Assembly: GCA_964016885.1 (NCBI GenBank)
Contig: OZ024742.1
Coordinates: 36,022,001-36,086,000 of the forward strand
Origin: Eledone cirrhosa
Lineage: Eukaryota
Direction: 5' to 3'
DNA length: 64,000 nucleotides
The translations under genes and the position numbers were made by a program. Positions within the stretch are counted from its first letter, which is position 1. Each line of letters opens with the position of its first letter. Positions 1 through 12,800 of this stretch are shown one piece after another. Under the pieces are notes generated by a model, which ran no database searches, was not told the origin of the DNA, and worked only from the letters and a program-made list of their open reading frames with translations.

Positions 1-112
1 CCATTTATTAATATATTGTATATTTATTCCATTTAATGTTGAGTGCTTTATATCAGTTATAAAAATGTTTTAAGCTTGTTGAATCCCAACAAATTAAATA
101 TAACCTCTACAT
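1..112 (+). mobile_element. 3' tail of HHR element family G, cut by the window edge
   Basis: Similar to the tail at ~9490-9593 (gagtgct.t..atcagttataaa...ccaacaaattaaata); ends in (TA)n. Confidence 0.5.
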
Positions 113-122
113 ATATATATAT

Positions 123-262
123 GTAAAAGGTAAACAGAAATAACAACACAATCTGTACAGTATATGGACGGTATATATTAGGTTAACGCTTGATATAGAA
201 GAAAGAGGGTCTTAACGTTTCGGACGCTAGTCCTTCATCAGAAGAAAGAATGGTAAATAAAA
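123..262 (-). mobile_element. Penelope-like pLTR fragment, family A
   Basis: Reverse-complement match to ~700-837; same family as 56710-56835, 59936-60116 and 62181-62372; contains an HHR. Confidence 0.75.
210..245 (-). ncRNA. Minimal type I hammerhead ribozyme (family A)
   Basis: Minus strand reads UCUU CUGAUGA A GGAC-UAGC-GUCC GAAA CG UU AAGA: stem I UCUU/AAGA, stem II GGAC/GUCC, palindromic ACGU in place of stem III. Confidence 0.75.
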
Positions 263-265
263 TAG

Positions 266-309
<44 letters not shown>

Positions 310-312
<3 letters not shown>

Positions 313-490
313 AGATTCAGCTCCGACCGTTTCGACAGCTAGACCCGAAATCGGATCTAGCTGTCGAAACGGCCGGAGCTCAGCCGTCGAGGTCCTGAAT
401 CTTTTCATATTACCCACGTACTACCCCAAGTATTGAGTACTCTGGTCGGTCATGGTCCACCTGGTTTCTTTTACCACACCCTATCTGATA
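310..490 (+). mobile_element. Fold-back fragment of HHR family B (3' half of ribozyme plus tail)
   Basis: Hairpin agctccgaccgtttcgacagctaga/tctagctgtcgaaacggccggagct; tail matches 3389-3512 and 18888-19020 in reverse. Confidence 0.65.
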
Positions 491-542
491 TATGTATATA
501 TATATATATATGTGTGTGTGCATGTGTGTGTGTATGTGTATA

Positions 543-640
543 CAGGGCGTCCCCCATAAAATGTATACATACTTTGATTACCTGTACAGGCAATATTCAT
601 TAGAATGTAGTCTTTTTGTATACATTTTTCGGACACCCTG
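543..640. mobile_element. Tc1/mariner-like MITE (~100 bp)
   Basis: Imperfect TIRs CAGGGCGTCC...AAAATGTATAC / GTATACATTTT...GGACACCCTG, preceded by TA; the right-hand TA is not intact. Confidence 0.55.
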
Positions 641-834
641 TGTTATTTTTATCTAAAGACATTTTTTCCAATTCCAACCCGCCCGTCCCCTCAATCTATC
701 TTATTTCTCATCTTTCTTCTGATGAAGGACTAGTGTCCGAAACGTTAAGACCCTCTTCCTGCTATATCAAGCGTTAACCTAATATATACCTTCCATATAC
801 TGTACCGATTGTGTTGTTATTTCTGTTTACCTTT

Positions 835-837
<3 letters not shown>
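641..837 (+). mobile_element. Penelope-like pLTR fragment, family A
   Basis: Inverted partner of 123-262; near-identical to the reverse complement of 62181-62372; ends next to (TA)n. Confidence 0.75.
715..750 (+). ncRNA. Minimal type I hammerhead ribozyme (family A)
   Basis: TCTT CTGATGA A GGAC TAGT GTCC GAAA CG TT AAGA. Confidence 0.75.
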
Positions 838-867
<30 letters not shown>

Positions 868-870
<3 letters not shown>

Positions 871-963
871 TTATTCAGGATAATAATAAATGAAGACATT
901 CACATTATCAATATATATATTGATTATGTGAATGTCTTCATTTATTATTATTCTGAATAATAA
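868..963. repeat. Near-perfect ~96-bp palindrome next to (TA)n
   Basis: ttattattcaggataataataaatgaagacattcacattatcaatata mirrored by tatattgattatgtgaatgtcttcatttattattattctgaataataa. Confidence 0.8.
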
Positions 964-1359
964 TAACCCCAGAAAATTTTCTTGTAGGGTGCTTTTAATC
1001 TATTGTAAAACTATATTCATTGAGTAATCAATGAACCACATTAATCTTTGGTCTATATATATATACAATAGCACAGCATATTCGAAGTTCGATCAGCAGC
1101 CAAACCAACGAATGCCTACAGCAGTGGAGCCAAACACTCGACAAGGAATAAACCTCAGAGTAATAACATACACTTTAAAGGGCTTTGCAAATTGAAAATA
1201 GCGACCGCTAAGTTAGCAGCGTGATCTGTAGCAACGAAAGAACTGACTAGTGAGAAAATGAAATACTCACATATATATATATCATATATTGAGTTATAAA
1301 CTCGAAATAGTCTTTTACAATTAAATAGCTCAAAGAAGGGAATATTTCCGAGCCGTGTA

Positions 1360-1933
1360 ATACAAATGAATATATGAGAGGGATGAACACAGATACAAGT
1401 ATACATGTGTTCGAATTGCAAATGACCAAGTTAACTAGATTGAAAAATACTAATTTGAAATAATATGGTTTGCCTGTCTCGATTTAAAGTAATAAATCAA
1501 TAAAAATAACAAACCTATATTGGTAATAGGCCGTGATACCCGGACAGATTCTAAATCTGTTTCGCAACAATTATTAAGTGAAAGTCACTATCCCTGTGCT
1601 CTTCTGCGGGTAGCCAGGAAATTCGTACCTTTCACTTCAAAATACTCAAGAAGACTGAGAGATATGTGTTGTTGAACGCACATGTGTCACAGCGCCTAAC
1701 TCGTCTCATACTTTCACTTAATAATTGTTGTGAAACAGATTTAGAATCTGTCCGGGTATCACGGCCATTACCAATATAGGTTTGTTATTTTTATTGATTT
1801 ATTACTTTAAATCGAGACAGGCAAACCATATTATTTTAAATTAGTATTTTTCAACCTAGCTAACTTGGTCATTTGCAATTCGAACACATGTATACTTGTA
1901 TACATGTGTTCATCCCTCTCATATATTCATTTG

Positions 1934-1936
<3 letters not shown>
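1360..1936. mobile_element. Inverted-repeat element (arms ~1360-1585 and ~1710-1936), pLTR-like
   Basis: Arms of ~225 bp are highly similar in inverted orientation; they contain GAAAC-AGATT-TAG-AATCT-GTC (3' half of an HHR) but no clean CUGANGA. Confidence 0.7.
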
Positions 1937-1968
<32 letters not shown>

Positions 1969-2339
1969 AAATATAGAATCAGCAATTTCTACTTGTTTTC
2001 TGTCACGCATATACACAATATTTCATCCTTACTCACATATACATATACACCATATAGATCATTGACATATATTTCTGCTTAATCTTCCCTCTGGACAGCC
2101 AGTCGCCCACATAATAGTTATCTCCCCTTCATTTCTTCTCACCTACATATTACCCACAACACCTCTCTCTCATACGTATATAGGAACGGACACACTTCTC
2201 TACATGAATGTATACACACGCACATAAACACTTACAAACGCACATAGATGAACGTGGACGCACATATATGCACTCCTACTAACCCCCGCCTCGCTGCTCC
2301 TTTCTCATCTCTCTCATATCTATCTATCTATCTAGCTAG

Positions 2340-2366
2340 CTATATATATATATATATATAATAAAG

Positions 2367-2453
<87 letters not shown>

Positions 2454-2655
2454 TATATATATATATATATATACATACACACATATATATATATATATAT
2501 GAATATATATATATATTTACATACATACACACATATATATATATATATTTCACATACTCTCGACACAGACACACATATACACATGCATGCAAGAACACAT
2601 TTTCTCACACACATACACCCTCCTGTTTCCTCATCTCTTTCTCCCTTACCCCCCT

Positions 2656-2723
<68 letters not shown>

Positions 2724-2870
2724 CACATAGACAATCACACACAAACGCACAATTTCTCACATTCGTATACACACACTCAAATGTATTGTGTATAAAGTAC
2801 TCACATCTCTCTTACTCGCATACATACAGGCGCCTTGTATGTATACACACACACACACATACACACACAT
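2340..2870. repeat. (TA)n, (CT)n and (CA)n microsatellite cluster
   Basis: Read directly. Confidence 0.95.
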
Positions 2871-3100
2871 ATGCATTCAGACACACGCACATGTGCGCCA
2901 AGAGACCCTTCTCTTTGATGTCCTCTCCCGCCGACCATCCCCACCACTACCACTTCTCTCTTCAATCTCCCACGTTATTGAATCAAGTATCAACCGTACG
3001 TTATGTATGACGTATAATTATTGAACAGAAGGGATTCACGGCTAGAATGTCATGTGACCACGACCTTTCTGTGTTTATCAAATTCTATTAATATGGCGGA

Positions 3101-3512
<412 letters not shown>

Positions 3513-3554
3513 TAAAATTCCATTATAACGAATACCACTATAACGACTTTTACG

Positions 3555-3963
3555 TTACAACGAATTTTTTTTAACCTCTTTACTCGCAATATTCATGCCA
3601 TTTGGTGTGGCTACGTCCATGATCTGACAGTATTTATCTTTCTTACTCAATACAACAATGTCCGGTAGGCGATACTCAATTACTCTATACGTCTGAAAAT
3701 GATAATCCCAGATTATCGTAACTTTCCCATCCTCCTGCATTACTTTACAAGGCATATGCTCATATCAATTCTCTATGACTTCGTATTGGTATTTACGATA
3801 TAACAGCCAATGAAGATACAAACAGACTTTATTATGGCGGCACTTGTATTCCTTTTTGTCTCTCACATCCACTTACCAAGTGTTTACACAGTTTCTTTAC
3901 ACAGAGTCAACATTTCTGGGTGTCAGTAATTTTATAGATGTTATACTTCATCGAATTAGTAGC
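3555..3963 (-). pseudogene. R4/Dong-like non-LTR retrotransposon remnant (CCHC knuckle plus restriction-like endonuclease)
   Basis: Minus-strand translation across stops and frameshifts: KC*LC..ET..HLVSGC..EYKCRHNK..HW..KY..YEH.P.KV..IIWDYHFQT...RLPDIVVLSKKDKYCQIMDVATP....KE..K. Confidence 0.8.
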
Positions 3964-3989
3964 AAAAGAATGGACGTTTGGTGCAATTA

Positions 3990-4262
3990 TAACGCTTTTA
4001 GTGGATTGCTTCGTGGCATGGAGTTACGAACCTTTACGTTCTGAGTTCAAATCCCGCCGAGGTTAACCTTGCCTTTCATCATTACAGAGTCGATGAAATA
4101 AAGTACCAGTAATGCCCTGGGGTTCGATTTAATCGACTTTCTCCTTCCCCAAAAAATTGTTGGCTTTGTGCCTAATCCCGCCGAGGTTAATTTTGAATTT
4201 CATCCTTACGGGGTCGAAATAAAATACCAGTAATACACTGGGATAATTGCCGACAATTATTA
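3990..4262 (+). mobile_element. tRNA-derived SINE with Nin/Deu-like core, plus a partial second copy
   Basis: B-box-like GAGTTCAAATCC followed by gccgaggttaacYttgcctttcatcc...gtcgataaaataaagtaccag; about 10 copies in the window. Confidence 0.8.
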
Positions 4263-4265
4263 TTA

Positions 4266-4827
4266 CTAATAGAATCCCGTCACTACGTTGCCGGTAAAAT
4301 ACAGACACAGCCTCGGTCAAACGTCATGGTGTTTTTTTGAAGTTTGTGTTACCTTGTCTATATGTTGAAGGACACACACGCATATACACACACACATGCA
4401 CACACAATCACACACACACAATCACGCACACAAGGATACACACACACACAACCACACAATCACATACACACACACAGAAACAATAATACACAATAATACA
4501 CTCACACGCACAATGACACACACACACAATAACACGCGCGCACACTCACACACACACACAATAACACGCGCACACACTCACACACACACACAATAACACG
4601 CGCACACACTCACACACACAATCACACACACACAATCACATACACACACAATCATACATATACACACAATCACGCGTACACACTCACACACACACACAAT
4701 CACACATACATAATCACATACACACAATCATACATACACACACACACACGATCACGCGCACATCCTCACACACACACACACACACACACACATTCATACA
4801 CACACAATCATACACACAGACACACAA

Positions 4828-4907
<80 letters not shown>

Positions 4908-4953
4908 ACACACACTCAATCACATGCACACACACACGTTTTATACAAATGGA
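4266..4953 (-). mobile_element. Putative non-autonomous Helitron carrying a (CA)n-rich interior
   Basis: Minus strand begins A|TCCATTTGTATAAAACGTGTG and ends with an imperfect GC hairpin then TTAG|T (degenerate CTAG), at an A/T junction. Confidence 0.45.
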
Positions 4954-5559
4954 TGACTTGCACGCAACAACGGAAAACACCTCTGTAAACTCCAGAGAAA
5001 ATGTTTCCTGAGGGAAGATATTGAAATATGTTAATTTGTTATTATGACGTCAACGTATTGGTGAATTATGCTTTAACTATCTTTCACACACACACACACA
5101 TGGCGCGCGCGGACGCACACACACACACACACATACACGCACACACACACACACACATACACGCAAACACACACACACATACACGCACACACACACACAT
5201 ACACACACATTTACATACACACACACACTCTCTCACTCTCACGTTTTCTCTCTTTCTCTCACTATTTTTCTCTCTCAATAACAACAATAGCAACAACAAC
5301 TGTCAAAATGAAAGTCTTTTTTTTAAGTTTGTCGTCACTACTTTCATTCTTACGTCATAAAAGATCCGCCTTCCTTTCACCCCCCCCCCTCTCTCTCTCT
5401 CTCTCTCACTCTCTCCCTTTCTCACTCTCTCTCTCTCTCTCTCTCACTCTCTCCCTTTCTCACTCTCTCTCTCACCGTGTTTCTTAACAACAACCACTTT
5501 TCACTCCTCCCCTTCTACATATATGCTGTGATGAACAGACGGAGAAAAAGCTTCTATTT

Positions 5560-5790
5560 TCAGCCACAAACCCCGCGGCTCGCAATGCAAAGGAAAGGAA
5601 GGTCCGGCCACTTCCTCTTCGCATCGGTCGCCGTCGAGACCTCAGACGTCCTCGGACCTCATACTGCCGAGCTCCTTGGCAAGATCAGAACGTCTGCAGC
5701 CCCACCCGAGGAAGGAGGTCCATGAGGTGGAGTGGCTGTTGCAGCGAGTGTCTCTGGCCATTGTCCTTGGAAATGTTTTTACAGGTTTGT
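5560..5790 (+). pseudogene. CRE-clade non-LTR retrotransposon 3' remnant (RLE endonuclease C-terminus)
   Basis: FLFASVAVETSDVLGPHTAELLGKI...EVEWLLQRVSLAIVLGNVF resembles the CRE motif F.P.AVET.G..GP.A...L.QR.S.A..RGN. Confidence 0.7.
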
Positions 5791-5977
5791 CCGCGGGATG
5801 CAGCCCCAACACCACCACCGCGCCCTAGGCCCAGGGCCCATCACCCTCTCTTCTTACCCCTACTTTCCCATACAGCCAAATCTGCCCTGCTTTACTACCT
5901 CGCCATTTCTGAGGTTATTAATACAATTGTAAATAAAAGTTCTAAAAAAATATGTATATATATAATTGTATAGATTA

Positions 5978-6388
5978 TTGTGGATTGGCAGAATTGGTAG
6001 AGGGTCTGACGTCATGCTTTCCAGCATAATTACCTCCCTTTACGATCTGAGTTCAAATCCCACAAGGTTAACTTTGCCTTTCATCCTTATGAGGTCGATA
6101 AAATAAAGTACCAGTAATGTACTGGGTAATTGCTGGCCTTGTGCCTAAAGTAGAAACAATTAGTATTATCATTGGTGGTGAATTGACAGTATCGGTAGAG
6201 CGTCAGACACCATGCTTTGCAGAATAGTATTCCGGCCCTTTACGGTCTGAGTTCAAATCCCGCTGAAGTTAACTTTGCCTTTCATCCATACGAGGTCGAT
6301 AAAATAAAGTACCAGTAATGTACTGAGGTCGATTTAATCGACTTTCCCCTCCCCCCAAATTACTGGCCTTGTGCCTATACGAGAAATC
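5978..6388 (+). mobile_element. Two tandem tRNA-derived SINEs (~5978-6160, ~6172-6388)
   Basis: A-box-like tggcagaattgg, B-box gagttcaaatcc, shared core and gccttgtgccta tail. Confidence 0.85.
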
Positions 6389-6424
6389 CTTATATATGGG
6401 ATAATATACATATATATACTTTTA

Positions 6425-6497
<73 letters not shown>

Positions 6498-6504
<7 letters not shown>

Positions 6505-7199
6505 GAGAGGTATAGAGATTGTTTTAGCAAGAAGCTAACGGCATTCTATAACATATATGCGACTATAACGTCAAGATGGGAAAAGTAGTTAACGAAAGAT
6601 TTAGGAAAAATAACTCAAACTCATCTCAAAAGAGAATCAGGATATAAATTCATCCACAGAATTTAGTAAAATCCAGGGAAAAATCTATAGACCTTTAACT
6701 CATGATAAAATAAAGTTTGAAACACTTATCCTTCAATTTGGAATAACATCAAATGCTCTGTATAGTCTTAAAAGACTATTTCATGAAAACTTTCATTGGA
6801 GATGGTCACGGTTGGATTTCATTCATCAGCAGAGCTCAACAGAAACCAGGGCTCTCACAGTAATATAATCCGAAAAAGGGAATTCTAAAACTGGCTAGTT
6901 TGCCTTTATGTGTAATTGTGAAAAAGCACATGAGGAAAAAACGGGGCTAGTGACGTCAGGATGGAAGTGAATGTTTATTTACAAGAAATAGCAGTCAAAT
7001 ACATTCTGAAAAAAACTCTACAAAAGGAGTTCAGCAAAATAGCAATAATTATCACAGTTTTATGAAAAAAACCGGGATTAGTCACAGATAGTTTAAGCAC
7101 TCTAGGAAAAGAATCCGAGTATAAATATAAATGAGAGGTATAGAGATTGTTTTAGCAAGAAGCTAACGGCATTCTATAACATATATGCGACTATAACGT

Positions 7200-7202
<3 letters not shown>
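6498..7202 (-). mobile_element. Terminally redundant non-coding HHR element (family E; 628-nt unit plus 77-nt repeat)
   Basis: 6498-6574 is identical to 7126-7202; (TA)n on both sides; internal HHR; partial second copy at 22800-23025. Confidence 0.8.
6755..6835 (-). ncRNA. Complete type I hammerhead ribozyme (family E)
   Basis: GCUCUG CUGAUGA AUGAAA...UUUCAU GAAA UAGUCU-UUUA-AGACUA UA CAGAGC: 6-bp stem I, 6-bp stem II, full stem III, AUA triplet. Confidence 0.9.
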
Positions 7203-7251
<49 letters not shown>

Positions 7252-7298
7252 AGAGTAAAACAAAGAAGCCTTTAATACATCAAAAGTTTTTATTAGCC

Positions 7299-7333
7299 GT
7301 CAATGTTTCGTCCTATTAAGGACTCATCAGGGC
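7299..7333 (-). ncRNA. Minimal hammerhead motif (family F), partly decayed
   Basis: GCC CUGAUGA GUCCU-UAAU-AGGAC GAAA CA UU GAC; core and stem II are canonical, stems I and III are imperfect. Confidence 0.6.
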
Positions 7334-9137
7334 AATTAAAACAACAAGAAGTAATATCGGCAGATACAAGCCGGAAGCTCCGAAGAATATGGAGTGTACA
7401 TACACTAAAGTCTTGCAAAAATATATAATAAAAATAATAAAAATATATAATAAGAATAACTAAGGATGTATATAACATTAAGAACCATATTACAAATATA
7501 GTCCAAAGCAAATAACCTAGAGTTAAACAAAGGTGGTTATATAGAGCAGGAATTATATATAACACAATGTAATATAATATAATACATTATAATAATATAC
7601 ATTTACCAACATTAAAATTACAATAAAAACAAAAATCAAAAGGTACAATATGCACATGTATATATGTGCGCACACGCACACACACACACACACATACAAC
7701 AATACGCACATCTATCTTCAACTACACAAATTAAACCTTATTAGGAGTTTGAATATAAAAATAAGCATGATAAGAGTGAAAATAATAATAATAATAATAC
7801 CAATACATCTACCCAATATACATGAGGTAATAATATGATATAATTACAAGAAACACATATAATAAATAATAAACAATACAATTATATAATTCAATATAAT
7901 AGATGATCCCCGGTTAATTTACACAAACAATATAGATGTCACAATAATAATATAATAATAATATATTAACAATGTACTAACATTTACAATAAACAGTATA
8001 TAATGGTACTCAAGTAAACAAATCGATTCATACTGGGTTACAGAGTAAATGAGGAAAAATAAATTATACAATACTCAAAAAACATTATGATGGTACAGAA
8101 AAATACAAACATCTTACATGATATATAAAGTTTAAATATCATAATGTTACATATAATGAACAGTAAGTAATAAGGATCAATATTACAATACAATATAATA
8201 TAATATATTATATAAAATAAATTGACATAATATAATATATAATTACTTATAATTACAAGGTTAGTAGACAGACATATGTGGATGTGTAAGTAAGTGCCAG
8301 ACAGTGAATAGTAAATAGTAAATATAATGCCCAGTAGTATTTCAAATAAAATATAGAATATAAAATATAGAATAAAATAAATAAATATAATCAACCGGAA
8401 ATTACAAAACAAAAACAAAGATATACATTTAGGTCTCACATGCGGTTAAGTAGTTAAGTAAAAACTAAGGAAAACAATCCCTGTAAATGACTTGAAAACC
8501 CTATTTGATAAATTAATATTAAAAATATTTAAACTATCCAATAAGGTAGTATAATATTAGCTATAGTTTAAGTCATTAAAGTTTATAAACTTTAATGTTT
8601 CGTTACAAATGTTTACAAAAAGGAATGAAATTTTTTACTATCATATACATAACGATATCTAAAAAACTGACTTAAGTAGAATTAAGGTAGGCTAATGGGG
8701 ACAGAATTGAAGAAATATATGGAGGATGCAAAGGGGCATAAAATATAGTCGATATACTATAATAAATAATAGAACGGAGCGTAAAAGAGGGGGGGGGTTA
8801 AATATAATCATAGTCAATTTGGAGGGGTTGACAATAAGTTTATGTGCGCATGGGGGGGGGGGAGGGGGTATCCAAACATGAATCTGAATAAAGATAAAAA
8901 TAAAATTAAAAATAAAATTAAAAATAAAAATAAAAATAAAAATAAAAATGAGGATAATAATAAAATAAAGTAAATAGCGTAAAGTATGTAATCTTATATA
9001 TATTCACAAGGTGTAATAGTGAAAATTTAATGCGTAAGAAGACAGATATGGTACAGTAGCCAAATGATTATGAGAGCTAGAATAAAGAGTCATCAAAAAC
9101 CAATGATAATAATGATGATAATAATAATGTTGGCAAA

Positions 9138-9194
<57 letters not shown>

Positions 9195-9236
9195 GATATT
9201 AAATAAATGGAAACTATATTTATGAAATCATATTTA

Positions 9237-9293
9237 TTCTATTATATATATTTCAAGAGTACCAAAACTTTGGTACGCTCTCATCAGATAAAA
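9237..9293 (-). ncRNA. Minimal type I hammerhead ribozyme (family G)
   Basis: UUUUAU CUGAUGA GAG-C-GUACCAAA..UUUGGUAC-U-CUU GAAA UAUAUA UA AUAGAA. Confidence 0.75.
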
Positions 9294-9396
9294 TACAAAG
9301 AGTGTTTTATAAATTTTGACAGAGCCAAGGAAGAAAATTCAACTGATAAGGTATGATTTCATTGGCTATGTCAACATTTATAAAACACTCTTTGTA

Positions 9397-9455
9397 TTTT
9401 ATCTGATGAGAGCGTACCAAAGTTTTTTGGTACCCTTGAAATATATATAATAAAA
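9397..9455 (+). ncRNA. Minimal type I hammerhead ribozyme (family G)
   Basis: TTTTAT CTGATGA GAGCGTACCAAA..TTTGGTACCCTT GAAA TATATA TA ATAAAA; palindromic ATATATAT stem III. Confidence 0.8.
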
Positions 9456-9647
9456 CAAATATGGTTTTATAAATATAGTTTCTATTTAATTAATATCATT
9501 GAATATTTACTCCAGAATACTGTCGAGTGCTCTGAATCAGTTATAAACATTTATATTTGTTGTATTTCCAACAAATTAAATATCCCTTCTACTTATATAT
9601 ATATATCTTAGATGTATGTATATTATCCCATATATAACGATAATAAT

Positions 9648-9748
9648 AATGTTTCTACTATAGGCACAAGGCCAGCAATTTGGGGAAGGGGAAGTCAGTT
9701 GATTAATTCGACCAGTGCATTACTGGTACTTTATTTTATCGAACCCCA
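9648..9748 (-). mobile_element. SINE 3' fragment
   Basis: Reverse complement of the SINE core and tail (taggcacaaggccagcaatt...ctggtactttattttatcga). Confidence 0.75.
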
Positions 9749-9895
9749 AAGAGTACGGTGCACTTGGAGAGGTATTTTACTTCTATTTCTAGCGGATTGA
9801 GCGACTCAGTAGGGCAGCATTAGTTGAGCGATGAATGGGGAGAGCGAGAGAGACGGAGGCAGTGACAGTGGGAGTTTAGTTGTTTGTGTTGGGAG

Positions 9896-12800
9896 CCGGA
9901 GTGTGTGTTTCACCGACATACAGTCCGGAGTGTGTGTTTCACCGACACACAGTCCGGAGTGTGTGTTTCACCGACACACAGTCCGGAGTGTGTGTTTCAC
10001 CGACATACAGTCCGGAGTGTGTGTTTAACCGACATACAGTCCGGAGTGTGTGTTTCACCGACATACAGTCCGGAGTGTGTGTTTAACCGACATACAGTCC
10101 GGAGTGTGTGTTTAACCGACATACAGTCCGGAGTGTGTGTTTCACCGACATACAGTCCGGAGTGTGTGTTTCACCGACATACAGTCCGGAGTGTGTGTTT
10201 CACCGACACACAGTCCGGAGTGTGTGTTTCACCGACATACAGTCCGGAGTGTGTGTTTCACCGACATACAGTCCGGAGTGTGTGTTTAACCGACATACAG
10301 TCCGGAGTGTGTGTTTCACCGACACACAGTCCGGAGTGTGTGTTTCACCGACATACAGTCCGGAGTGTGTGTTTCACCGACATACAGTCCGGAGTGTGTG
10401 TTTCACCGACATACAGTCCGGAGTGTGTATTTCACCGACATACAGTCCGGAGTGTGTGTTTCACCGACACACAGTCCGGAGTGTGTGTTTCACCGACACA
10501 TAGTCCGGAGTGTGTGTTTCACCGACACATAGTCCGGAGTGTGTGTTTCACCGACATACAGTCCGGAGTGTGTGTTTCACCGACATACAGTCCGGAGTGT
10601 GTGTTTCACCGACACACAGTCCGGAGTGTGTGTTTCACCGACACACAGTCCGGAGTGTGTGTTTCACCGACACACACTCCGGAGTGTGTGTTTCACCGAC
10701 ACATAGTCCGGAGTGTGTGTTTCACCGACATACAGTCCGGAGTGTGTGTTTCACCGACACACAGTCCGGAGTGTGTGTTTCACCGACACACAGTCCGGAG
10801 TGTGTGTTTCACCGACACACAGTCCGGAGTGTGTGTTTCACCGACACACAGTCCGGAGTGTGTGTTTCACCGACACACACTCCGGAGTGTGTGTTTCACC
10901 GACATACAGTCCGGAGTGTGTGTTTCACCGACACACAGTCCGGAGTGTGTGTTTCACCGACATACAGTCCGGAGTGTGTGTTTCACCGACACACAGTCCG
11001 GAGTGTGTGTTTCACCGACATACAGTCCGGAGTGTGTGTTTCACCGACACACAGTCCGGAGTGTGTGTTTCACCGACACACAGTCCGGAGTGTGTGTTTC
11101 ACCGACACACAGTCCGGAGTGTGTGTTTCACCGACATACAGTCCGGAGTGTGTGTTTCACCGACACACAGTCCGGAGTGTGTGTTTCACCGACATACAGT
11201 CCGGAGTGTGTGTTTCACCGACACACAGTCCGGAGTGTGTGTTTCACCGACATACAGTCCGGAGTGTGTGTTTCACCGACACACAGTCCGGAGTGTGTGT
11301 TTCACCGGCACACAGTCCGGAGTGTGTGTTTCACCGACATACAGTCCGGAGTGTGTGTTTCACCGACACACACTCCGGAGTGTGTGTTTCACCGACACAC
11401 AGTCCGGAGTGTGTGTTTCACCGACACACAGTCCGGAGTGTGTGTTTCACCGACACACAGTCCGGAGTGTGTATTTCACCGACATACAGTCCGGAGTGTG
11501 TGTTTCACCGACATACAGTCCGGAGTGTGTGTTTCACCGACACACACTCCGGAGTGTGTGCTTCACCGACATACAGTCCGGAGTGTGTGTTTCACCGACA
11601 CACAGTCCGGAGTGTGTGTTTCACCGACACACAGTCCGGAGTGTGTATTTCACCGACACACAGTCCGGAGTGTGTGTTTCACCAACACACAGTCCGGAGT
11701 GTGTGTTTCACCGACACACAGTCCGGAGTGTGTTTCACCGACACACAGTCCGGAGTGTGTTTCACCGACACACAGTCCGGAGTGTGTGTTTCACCGACAC
11801 ACAGTCCGGAGTGTGTGTTTCACCGACATACAGTCCGGAGTGTGTGTTTCACCGACATACAGTCCGGAGTGTGTGTTTCACCGACATACAGTCCGGAGTG
11901 TGTGTTTCACCGACACACAGTCCGGAGTGTGTGTTTCACCGACACACAGTCCGGAGTGTGTGTTTCACCGACATACAGTCCGGAGTGTGTGTTTCACCGA
12001 CATACAGTCCGGAGTGTGTATTTCACCGACACACAGTCCGGAGTGTGTGTTTCACCAACACACAGTCCGGAGTGTGTATTTCACCGACACACAGTCCGGA
12101 GTGTGTTTCACCGACACACAGTCCGGAGTGTGTTTCACCGACACACAGTCCGGAGTGTGTGTTTCACCGACACACAGTCCGGAGTGTGTGTTTCACCGAC
12201 ATACAGTCCGGAGTGTGTGTTTCACCGACATACAGTCCGGAGTGTGTGTTTCACCGACATACAGTCCGGAGTGTGTGTTTCACCGACACACAGTCCGGAG
12301 TGTGTGTTTCACCGACACACAGTCCGGAGTGTGTGTTTCACCGACATACAGTCCGGAGTGTGTGTTTCACCGACATACAGTCCGGAGTGTGTATTTCACC
12401 GACACACAGTCCGGAGTGTGTGTTTCACCAACACACAGTCCGGAGTGTGTATTTCACCGACACACAGTCCGGAGTGTGTTTCACCGACACACAGTCCGGA
12501 GTGTGTTTCACCGACACACAGTCCGGAGTGTGTGTTTCACCGACACACAGTCCGGAGTGTGTGTTTCACCGACATACAGTCCGGAGTGTGTGTTTCACCG
12601 ACATACAGTCCGGAGTGTGTGTTTCACCGACATACAGTCCGGAGTGTGTGTTTCACCGACACACAGTCCGGAGTGTGTGTTTCACCGACACACAGTCCGG
12701 AGTGTGTGTTTCACCGACATACAGTCCGGAGTGTGTGTTTCACCGACATACAGTCCGGAGTGTGTATTTCACCGACACACAGTCCGGAGTGTGTGTTTCA

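Larger units (their letters stand above)
9188..9593. mobile_element. Inverted-repeat HHR element, family G (arms ~9188-9328 and ~9362-9505, plus tail)
   Basis: Arms of ~140 bp, each with an HHR; (TA)n flanks. Confidence 0.8.

Noticed and set aside
1640-1758. Complete hammerhead in the 1360-1936 element
   Set aside because: GAAAC-stem III-GUC is present, but there is no acceptable CUGANGA or stem II (only CTCAAGAAG).
5978-6065. tRNA gene (A and B boxes)
   Set aside because: No cloverleaf; it runs directly into a repeated SINE core.
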